Position numbers and translations under genes: made by a program | In this document: piece by piece, positions 56,958-64,000 of the stretch | Layout of the letters: the number at the start of each line of letters is the position of its first letter | Numbering within the stretch: the first letter of the stretch is position 1 | The notes under the pieces: model-generated | The model's database searches: none | What the model was told of the DNA's origin: nothing | What the model saw: only the letters and a program-made list of their open reading frames with translations | DNA from: an uncultured Thermodesulfobacteriota bacterium | GTDB lineage: Bacteria > Desulfobacterota > WTBG01 > CAIYCZ01 > CAIRTM01 | DNA: 64,000 nt | Assembly: GCA_964518865.1 (NCBI GenBank) | Contig: CAZFIB010000010.1 | Span: forward strand, 153-64,152 | Reading direction: 5' to 3'

Positions 56958-57176
56958 ATGTACGGGTCGCACACCACATCGGATCAGAAAAGCAGTTTTG
57001 AAGAGTTTGAAGCCGCATCACTGTATTGCCCCCGCTGCCGGCAGGCCGTCCCGGTGCGCAAGCGCCTTCTGCTGGTCCTGCCGGATGGCGACAAGTATGA
57101 TTATCTGTGTTCGCACTGCGGTACATCCGTCGGTTCAAAAAAAACTTCTCACTCCAAGCCCATCAGAATTTATTAG
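56958..57176 (+). CDS. small zinc-ribbon protein (72 aa), function unknown
   Basis: CPRCRQ...CSHCG pair. GAGGAG Shine-Dalgarno 4-5 nt before ATG 56958. Begins 2 nt after the DksA-like stop. Confidence 0.6.
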   Translation: MYGSHTTSDQKSSFEEFEAASLYCPRCRQAVPVRKRLLLVLPDGDKYDYLCSHCGTSVGSKKTSHSKPIRIY

Positions 57177-57183
57177 ATACCAT

Positions 57184-58146
57184 ATGCAATCAGCACTGCT
57201 TGCCATAGACCGTCTGCAGACGCATCTCTTTCTCGATGAGGGCGTCGCGCAGGTTGTCGACGGAATCAGCCTGCAGGTGCATCACGGCCGGTCGCTTGCG
57301 CTTGTGGGTGAATCCGGCTGCGGCAAGACAATGACCGCCTACTCGATACTACGGCTCGTGCCGTCTCCGCCGGGAAGGATCGTCGGCGGCAGTATCGTCT
57401 TTGAAGGATCCGACCTTCTGAGTATGCCCGAGCGCAGTATGCGAATGATACGCGGTGACAGAATCGCGATGATTTTTCAGGAGCCGCTCACGGCGCTGAA
57501 TCCTGTTTTTAAAGTTGGTAACCAGATAGCTGAAGTGCTTCAGGTGCACCGGAGCATGAGAAAAAAAGACGCCCTTGAGCGGGCAGAGGAACTGATGCGC
57601 AGCGTCGGCATCCAGTCTCCGGAACAGCGCATCAGGGATTACCCGCATCAGCTGAGCGGCGGTATGCGCCAGCGAATCATGATCGCCATGGCACTGGCCT
57701 GCGATCCGGCGCTTGTTATTGCCGATGAGCCGACAACAGCTCTTGATGTAACCGTTCAGGCGCAGATACTAGAGCTTCTGAAGCAGCTGCAGGCCGCAAA
57801 CCGTACGGCAATTCTCATGATTACACACGACCTCGGTGTTGTTGCCGAATCAGCCGATACGGTGGCGGTTATGTATGCGGGAAGAATTGTAGAACATGCC
57901 GATGTCGTGTCGCTGTTCAGCTCGCCGCTGAATCCGTATACGCAGGGCCTGCTCGACTCGCTGCCGCATGCCGGGCACAAACGCCTGCGGCCGATTGCAG
58001 GCATGGTGCCTGCCGTCCTGAGCCTTCCCGACGGCTGTAAATTCAGCACCAGGTGCCCCCGCGTGAGGGATGTGTGTCGCGTGCAAGAGCCGGAGCTGAA
58101 AGAAGCGCGCGACGGGCATTTCGTCAGGTGCTGGCTGTATGAATAA
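57184..58146 (+). CDS. oligopeptide/dipeptide ABC transporter ATP-binding protein (OppD/DppD type)
   Basis: Walker [26 protein letters not shown], and the C-terminal oligopeptide-type extension with Cys motif (CKFSTRCP...C). Confidence 0.9.
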   Translation: MQSALLAIDRLQTHLFLDEGVAQVVDGISLQVHHGRSLALVGESGCGKTMTAYSILRLVPSPPGRIVGGSIVFEGSDLLSMPERSMRMIRGDRIAMIFQEPLTALNPVFKVGNQIAEVLQVHRSMRKKDALERAEELMRSVGIQSPEQRIRDYPHQLSGGMRQRIMIAMALACDPALVIADEPTTALDVTVQAQILELLKQLQAANRTAILMITHDLGVVAESADTVAVMYAGRIVEHADVVSLFSSPLNPYTQGLLDSLPHAGHKRLRPIAGMVPAVLSLPDGCKFSTRCPRVRDVCRVQEPELKEARDGHFVRCWLYE

Positions 58147-58187
58147 ATCTCAACAAGCACGGTGTACACAACTTTATCGAAACGATT

Positions 58188-59156
58188 ATGTCTGAAAGCG
58201 TCCTGCTCGATGTATCGAAGCTGAAAAAATCATTTGCGTTTGCTCAGGGGCTTTTTTCAGGAACGTCACGCCTGTTTGCCGTGAATGGGGTGAGCTTCAG
58301 CGTCCGCAGCGGGGAAACACTCGGCATTGTCGGAGAATCCGGCTGCGGTAAATCAACCCTTGCCAGGCTTATTCTGCGTCTTGATGACCCGGACAGCGGC
58401 GATATTTATTTTAAAGACAGAAATATCTGCACCCTGTCCGGAGAGGACATGAACCGGTTCAGAAGGCAGGTTCAGATTGTATTCCAGGATCCCCTGTCAT
58501 CGCTCAATCCCCGAAAAAAAATAGGATCCATTATCGGTGAGCCGATGCGCATCCACCGCCTGGCCGAAAAAAAAGATATTCACGAGCGCGTCGCCGGTCT
58601 GATGAAAAAGGTAGGCCTGCAGCAAAATTGGATCAATCGTTACCCGCATGAGTTCAGCAGCGGACAGCGGCAGCGCATCGGTATAGCCCGCGCACTGAGC
58701 CTCAATCCCGAACTGATCGTTGCGGATGAGCCGGTATCTGCACTGGATGTATCCATACAGGCGCAGATTTTAAACCTCATGCTCGACCTGCAGCGCGATC
58801 TGAAACTGACGTACATATTCATTTCTCATGATCTGAGTGTCGTGCGCTTCGTGAGCACGCGGGTGGCCGTTATGTATCTGGGCGTGATAGTCGAGATGGG
58901 ATCTGTTGACGATATTTTTACTTGCCCGCTGCATCCGTATACCGAAGCGCTGCTGGCGGCATCGCCGGTGCCGGATCCGCAGCAACGCCGCAGACATGTT
59001 CTGTTGCGCGGAGATGTTCCGGAGCCGGTCCGACTTTCTCCCGGCTGTGTGTTTGCCGGCCGCTGTCCCATCGCCGATCAATCTATCTGCTTTGACAAAC
59101 GTCCTGCTTTAGAGGTAAAAGGAGATAGTCATATGGCGGCCTGTTTTTTGCGGTAA
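58188..59156 (+). CDS. oligopeptide/dipeptide ABC transporter ATP-binding protein (OppF/DppF type)
   Basis: [27 protein letters not shown]-terminal CVFAGRCP motif. Confidence 0.9.
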   Translation: MSESVLLDVSKLKKSFAFAQGLFSGTSRLFAVNGVSFSVRSGETLGIVGESGCGKSTLARLILRLDDPDSGDIYFKDRNICTLSGEDMNRFRRQVQIVFQDPLSSLNPRKKIGSIIGEPMRIHRLAEKKDIHERVAGLMKKVGLQQNWINRYPHEFSSGQRQRIGIARALSLNPELIVADEPVSALDVSIQAQILNLMLDLQRDLKLTYIFISHDLSVVRFVSTRVAVMYLGVIVEMGSVDDIFTCPLHPYTEALLAASPVPDPQQRRRHVLLRGDVPEPVRLSPGCVFAGRCPIADQSICFDKRPALEVKGDSHMAACFLR

Positions 59157-59232
59157 AGGACTGCAGGCTGCAGGCGGCTGTCTTGAGTGATGAAGTGCGA
59201 TATATTTTTCAACAGAAAAGGAGACAGACATT

Positions 59233-61002
59233 ATGGTGCATACTATACGAGTTGTGCTGTCGGCAGCAGCTGCTCTCTGCAGTGCCGCTGTGATACCTTT
59301 TCCGTCAAACGCGCAGGAACAGGCTGAAGAACCGCATCTGATATTTAAAAAGACCGTCAAGGTTATTGAATACGATGAGGGGCGCGCATACACGGCTCCA
59401 CACACGATACGCAAGGGAGACCACCTCTGGAAAATTCTCAGGGAATACTACAAAATGCCCGACAGTGATATCGCTTTTTACTGTAAAATTGCAAAGGCGG
59501 TGAATCCTGCTATCAAAAATATTGACACCCTGTATCCGGAACAGGATATTCTTGTTCCGTATAAATATATCAAAGGAATGCAGGATAACGAAACCGGTAG
59601 CGTCCCGCAGCATGATGTCGAGCATGTGTTCAGGGAAGGAGAGCACTTCGGCATGGTGCTTCGTGATCGCTATCACCTGCCTGATCATATCATTTTTTCG
59701 AGAAATACCGCAGCACTTATTCGCGAAGCCAATCCGGATATTGTGAGCCTGGACAGCATCGAAGACGGTCAAAAAGTCGTTATACCGGCGGCAGTATTCA
59801 ATCGTGCCGGCTATGCCGTGCCTGAGAAGCCGCAGTCTGAGCAATCACGGCCGGCAGCGGCCGCCTCGGCCGAGCCCGAAGCGGTTTCAGAAAAAGCTCC
59901 GCCGCAGACCCCTGACCGGCCTGAGAAGGCAGCGGAGCCGGAGGCTGACGGCGGCGAGAAAAAAATGCAGACCATGATGTCCAACCTCGTGCGGTCATTT
60001 AAGGGAACGGATAACAGCAGCGGTATGCACGAGTTCCCTGTTGATGAATCAAGCACCATAAAGCTGGACTACAGCTCTTTTCCGGTTTATGAATTTCCGT
60101 GGGGCAAAAAGGTTCTTTTCGACTATGGTGAACGAATGCCTGCGGTCGTAAAGGATGTAATCGCCTCGGAGTGGGAGAATGCCGAAATTGTCGCCGTGAG
60201 TGAAAAGGACGACATGGAAGGAATCCTCGACCGGGTTCTGGATTCGTGCGGGTTTTTCAAAGTCGAGAAAGAGGGGGCCTATATCGCCAATCGCGACAAT
60301 ATCCAGCTGAGTGTCAGCGGTGACTGGATTGTTTTCAAAGATGCCATGATGAAAAATGTTTTCATAATCAATCTTGTCAAGGATGATCGTCCTTCATACA
60401 ATCCCGCGCTGCAGACTTACATTCAGGACATGGGCCTTCAGATAGTCGATATCCATGAGCGTCATGGCGGTGCACCTCAGGCTTCACCGGCTGCAGCCGT
60501 GACCGGGCCGCCCGCAAAAAGCCGCTCCGTTGAAAAAGAGCCGTTTATGATGACGGATTTTTTACTGGATACCGTCGGTATACAGTATCACAGGAACTAC
60601 AGTACTGAGATATTTCAGAATATGACCGGCGGCCTTTCACTGGAAGTGCTGGCAGACCGGATGTTCGTCAAGGACGGGGCTGCACACCTGATAGATTTCC
60701 ATAGTCTGCCGCGGAAAATCGTTCACATCATTAAACAGCAGGGCTTTAATCTTCTGCAGCTGAAGCCGGATGATGAAATCACAGAAGTTATCACGCGGGT
60801 TCTCGATTTCTGCAGAGTAGAGTATACACCGCCGCCGGTGGCCATCACAACATCAGGTGCCGGGCATTCCAATATCAAGCTCACGGTTCCCGGCTTTCTG
60901 GTTCCGGGCAAGCAAGAGAACGTTCTCCTGACCGACCTTGAATTGAACGAGAATATTGTTTCGTTTCTTGCAGAGGAACACGTGACAATAGTTAAATATT
61001 GA
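59233..61002 (+). CDS. secreted protein with two LysM-like motifs and a P/A/E-rich linker, function unknown
   Basis: Signal peptide. HTIRKGDHLWKILREYY and HVFREGEHFGMVLRDRY (LysM-like). Linker PEKPQSEQSRPAAAASAEPEAVSEKAPPQTPDRPEKAAEPEA. AAGGAGA Shine-Dalgarno. Confidence 0.8.
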   Translation: MVHTIRVVLSAAAALCSAAVIPFPSNAQEQAEEPHLIFKKTVKVIEYDEGRAYTAPHTIRKGDHLWKILREYYKMPDSDIAFYCKIAKAVNPAIKNIDTLYPEQDILVPYKYIKGMQDNETGSVPQHDVEHVFREGEHFGMVLRDRYHLPDHIIFSRNTAALIREANPDIVSLDSIEDGQKVVIPAAVFNRAGYAVPEKPQSEQSRPAAAASAEPEAVSEKAPPQTPDRPEKAAEPEADGGEKKMQTMMSNLVRSFKGTDNSSGMHEFPVDESSTIKLDYSSFPVYEFPWGKKVLFDYGERMPAVVKDVIASEWENAEIVAVSEKDDMEGILDRVLDSCGFFKVEKEGAYIANRDNIQLSVSGDWIVFKDAMMKNVFIINLVKDDRPSYNPALQTYIQDMGLQIVDIHERHGGAPQASPAAAVTGPPAKSRSVEKEPFMMTDFLLDTVGIQYHRNYSTEIFQNMTGGLSLEVLADRMFVKDGAAHLIDFHSLPRKIVHIIKQQGFNLLQLKPDDEITEVITRVLDFCRVEYTPPPVAITTSGAGHSNIKLTVPGFLVPGKQENVLLTDLELNENIVSFLAEEHVTIVKY

Positions 61003-61214
61003 GATAAAAAAAGTTCAATCCGTTTTAAATTTTTATAATTCAGTTTAAATATATTGTTCAGATAGTGATTTAGACTAAAATATAAGGTGAATCTGATCTA
61101 AAATTGCAAAAAAACTGATTGTTTATCTAAAAAAGCTGTAAAGTTTCTTTTTACCCTTTCCGATACCAAAAAGTGTCATATATATTTCTTTTTTGTACTG
61201 AAGGAGAGGGTAAC

Positions 61215-61409
61215 ATGTCCGATGAAATAATGGACATACGAAGCGCAGCAAAATATCTCCAGATTAAGGAACGTACTCTGTATCGCCTTGTAGGAGAAGG
61301 TGAAATTCCGGGTATAAAAGTAGGAGGACAATGGCGTTTCAGCAGACGATGCCTTGAAGAAATGTTTCTTAAAGAATCAAAGAAAAAAGAGCCTGTCGAT
61401 GCTCTGTAG
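61215..61409 (+). CDS. small excisionase/MerR-type HTH (HTH_17) DNA-binding protein
   Basis: IRSAAKYLQIKERTLYRLVGEGEIPGIKVGGQWRFSRRCLEEM. Start re-picked to ATG 61215 after AAGGAGAGGG. Confidence 0.75.
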   Translation: MSDEIMDIRSAAKYLQIKERTLYRLVGEGEIPGIKVGGQWRFSRRCLEEMFLKESKKKEPVDAL

Positions 61410-61846
61410 TTTTTGAAATACTGCCCCAATCAATCTATCTTTCTGCCGGTAAGCTTCTTCATTCACATCAAATCAGCATACCCGATAATACTTAGCAGGC
61501 TAAAGATTCCGCTTGACATCATAATATATATTGATTAGTCTTTAACATTCATGGATGACTACAACCGAAGCCTTTATCAGGCAGTCGGTTATGTATTGGA
61601 AACAGGCTGTAAAGAACTGCAGCAAAACCGTTGGACCACTGTGTCGATGCCTGCATGAGGAAACGTTGGTCAGTCGTGAAGTCTCTATACAATTCTGCAA
61701 CGGTCTGTCCGCATATTTGCACATGACTTCACCTAGCAGCAATCCTTGACACACCACTGCTAACTGCTTGATTGAGAAGCTGATCATATAGTGACATTAA
61801 CAGAATAAACAATACAAACCCCCAAATTCTAAGAGTGGAGAAGCAT

Positions 61847-63340
61847 ATGACTACAGCAGCAGCAACCACCACAGTAAACGGCATTGTTGAGGCTCTTGCA
61901 GGAGTCGTGGGAAAGGAGAATGTCAGCACAGACACCGACGTACTTACGTCTTACTCCCGTGACACGAGCTTCATGCCGCCCCGCATGCCCGATGTTGTCG
62001 TGAGAGTTATGAACCGTGAAGAGGTGATGGGTGTCATCAAGTTTGCAAATGAAAACAGCATACCGGTTGTTCCGCGCAGTTCAGGCACCGGCACCTACGG
62101 CAGCGGTATTCCTGAGCAGGGCGGCATTATTATGGACATGTCCAACATGAAGCGAATTCCCCGCGTGGATACACGTAACCGCTGGGCTCTTTTTGAGGCG
62201 GGCGCGACCTTCGGCGAGCTGCAGGAAGAGCTGGACAAGTACGGGATGCAGGCTTTGAATCCACTGCTGCCGCGCAAGGATAAATCTGTCGTTACGAGCA
62301 TACTCGAGCGCGAGCCGGTTCTGACCACAAAAACTGAGTGTGACGAGCCGCTGCGTACCATGGAGCTTGTATGGGGAACGGGCGAGCTGATGCGAACCGG
62401 CGCCATGTCCATAGATACCATGCCGCCCGAGGACATGCTCGACAAAACACAGTCGGATCTGTGCAGCGTCGGCGGCCCCGGTATCGACTGGTGGCGGCTT
62501 CTGACCGGATGCCAGGGCACCTTCGGCGTAATTACCATTATGAACGCCAAGATATTTCACAAACCGCTGCAACAGAAAATCGTTTTTCTGCCGTTCGACA
62601 ACCTTGAAGATGCCGTACGGCCCTACTATATGCTGATGCACCGGGAGGTCGGTCATGAGTGTTTTCTGCTGAACGCCTACAATCTTGCCTCCATATTGGC
62701 AGACAGTGACGGTGAGATTGCATCGCTCGCAGAAAAGCTTCCCGCTTATGCCATTGTTCTGAATCTGTGGGGCGGCCAGTTCTTCCCCGAGGACCGGATC
62801 GCGTTTGAGGAAAAGGCGGTCAATGACATTGCCAAGCAGTTCAATTTTCCGGTCACCGAAGGGTTCTCCGCCGTTCAGGATGCAAACGTTCTCATGCAGA
62901 GCATGCTGAACGGTCCCTGGAAGGGAGATGTTTACTGGAAAGAGCGCCAGCTCGGCGGGTGTCTTGAGATTGTATTTCACAGCGGTCTCGACACAATACC
63001 GGCATACTGGAATCTGCTCAAGAGCACGGCAGGCGGGTTCGGCATCAACAGCCGCGATCTCGGACTCTATATCCAGCCGCGACAGCGTGCTCGTGTCTGC
63101 CATGTGGAGTTTCAGATACCCTGCGATCCGAACAGCCCTGCGTCGCTTGAGAACGCCAAAGCATTTCACCGTTCGGCGTTCGATGCTTTGCTGAATGCCG
63201 GGGCGCTTTTTTATCGACCCTATTATGACTGGGCCGATGCGATTTACGCCCGCAGCGGTTATACGTTCGAAACGATCAAAAAACTGAAAAAGATTCTGGA
63301 TCCCAACGGAACGTTGAATCCGGGTAAGATCGGACTATAA
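61847..63340 (+). CDS. FAD-binding oxidoreductase (FAD_binding_4; GlcD / VAO family)
   Basis: IPVVPRSSGTGTYGSG FAD-binding pattern and C-terminal LKKILDPNGTLNPGKIG. Start ATG 61847 after GGAGAAG. Confidence 0.88.
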   Translation: MTTAAATTTVNGIVEALAGVVGKENVSTDTDVLTSYSRDTSFMPPRMPDVVVRVMNREEVMGVIKFANENSIPVVPRSSGTGTYGSGIPEQGGIIMDMSNMKRIPRVDTRNRWALFEAGATFGELQEELDKYGMQALNPLLPRKDKSVVTSILEREPVLTTKTECDEPLRTMELVWGTGELMRTGAMSIDTMPPEDMLDKTQSDLCSVGGPGIDWWRLLTGCQGTFGVITIMNAKIFHKPLQQKIVFLPFDNLEDAVRPYYMLMHREVGHECFLLNAYNLASILADSDGEIASLAEKLPAYAIVLNLWGGQFFPEDRIAFEEKAVNDIAKQFNFPVTEGFSAVQDANVLMQSMLNGPWKGDVYWKERQLGGCLEIVFHSGLDTIPAYWNLLKSTAGGFGINSRDLGLYIQPRQRARVCHVEFQIPCDPNSPASLENAKAFHRSAFDALLNAGALFYRPYYDWADAIYARSGYTFETIKKLKKILDPNGTLNPGKIGL

Positions 63341-63396
63341 GAAAAAACTGACGGTGCACACAGTGCGCTGTTATACTTATGAAATAAGGAGGAACA

Positions 63397-64000
63397 ATGG
63401 CTTATTCAGATCTGGTCTTCAAAGCTTTCAGGGATGTCGTCGGCGAGGAAAACGCCACTGACGATCCGGTTCTCTGCCAGTCCTATTCACGCGTGCAGTG
63501 GACTGCAGACGGCTGTGTTCAGCGCTCTCAGCTCGGAACGAAAATGCGCCCGGCTTGTATTGTTATGCCGGGCTCGACCGAAGAGGTGCAGGCAATCGTC
63601 AAGCTGTGCAACCGCTACAAAACAAGGTTTATCCCGCGCGGCTCCGGTATGATCAACAGCGCGTTCCCGAATGACGACGGAACCGTCATCATCGATCCCA
63701 AGCGCATGGATAAAATTCTGAAAGTCGACAAGGATAATATGTATATCGTGATCGAGCCCTATGTGAACTTTGCCGCATGTCAGGCCGAGGCGATGAAAGT
63801 CGGCTGCACCTTTCCCAGCCCGCCCGCCGGTTCGCAGGTTTCGGCGCTTGCAAACATTCAGTGGCACGGCGCGTACGGCAACTCCTGGCTGTCGGCGCTG
63901 GGATGCAACCAGCTGCTTTCATTCGAAGTCGTGCTGCCCAATGGTGAAATTCTTCGCAGCGGTTCTGTAGCTCAGGAAGGACCGCAAGAAGACTGGATAT
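63397..64000 (+). CDS. second FAD-binding oxidoreductase (FAD_binding_4 family), N-terminal part; runs off the right edge
   Basis: My translation from ATG 63397 (after AGGAGGAA) is MAYSDLVFKAFRDVVGEENATDD...FIPRGSGMINSAF...IIDPKRMDKILKVDKDNMYIVIEPYV. It is open to the window end. Confidence 0.8.
   Translation, partial: MAYSDLVFKAFRDVVGEENATDDPVLCQSYSRVQWTADGCVQRSQLGTKMRPACIVMPGSTEEVQAIVKLCNRYKTRFIPRGSGMINSAFPNDDGTVIIDPKRMDKILKVDKDNMYIVIEPYVNFAACQAEAMKVGCTFPSPPAGSQVSALANIQWHGAYGNSWLSALGCNQLLSFEVVLPNGEILRSGSVAQEGPQEDWI

Noticed and set aside
61215-61409. The excisionase-type HTH gene as a marker of a prophage or integrative element
   Set aside because: No integrase, recombinase, phage structural gene, tRNA target or flanking direct repeat is visible in the window.
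62081-63169. 362-aa ORF on the minus strand, antisense to the FAD-binding oxidoreductase gene
   Set aside because: The plus-strand frame carries clear family motifs (FAD-binding GTG pattern, C-terminal DPNGTLNPGK). The antisense product has no recognisable motif. I regard it as a shadow ORF of the kind seen opposite real genes in GC-rich coding DNA.

Overview
This 64 kb window looks like chromosomal DNA from an anaerobic, Desulfobacterota-like (deltaproteobacterial) organism. That guess rests only on gene content: an Hmc/Dsr-type multihaem membrane redox module, DapL, a long HPF, and a kds-lpt-rpoN-hpf-ptsN-rapZ cluster. Coding density is high, at roughly 55 genes. Housekeeping blocks are kdsBADC-lptCAB-rpoN-hpf-ptsN-rapZ, pyrK-pyrD-ispG-proS-rel, rpmB, dapL, fabD and a glucokinase. 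Accessory material sits between them:
- a cytochrome/FeS/NrfD/HdrD-like redox operon followed by an acylating aldehyde dehydrogenase and a stand-alone ACP
- two very large secreted multidomain proteins
- a GT2 plus two GT-C glycosyltransferase module
- a diadenylate cyclase / DHH-DHHA1 phosphoesterase pair
- a ferredoxin-dependent bilin reductase (FDBR) homologue
- an MFS transporter with a PCP_red tail
- two adjacent FAD-binding (GlcD/VAO-type) oxidoreductases

I found no rRNA, tRNA, CRISPR array, transposase, integrase or recognisable defence system, and no self-contained novel multi-gene system that I can defend. The observations most worth following up are:
1. colinear conserved sequence blocks in the long non-coding leaders of the PTS EIIA(Man) gene and of rel
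2. the redox-module/ALDH/ACP/FabD neighbourhood
3. the FDBR homologue in a non-phototroph context
4. a PAS sensor ending in a four-Cys module instead of a kinase
5. an LptA with a large N-terminal extension
6. a 655-bp AT-rich intergenic region containing orphan terminator-like hairpins

All functional calls come from motif recognition by eye in the supplied translations. No database search was run. Several start codons were re-picked by Shine-Dalgarno and N-terminal logic and are approximate.
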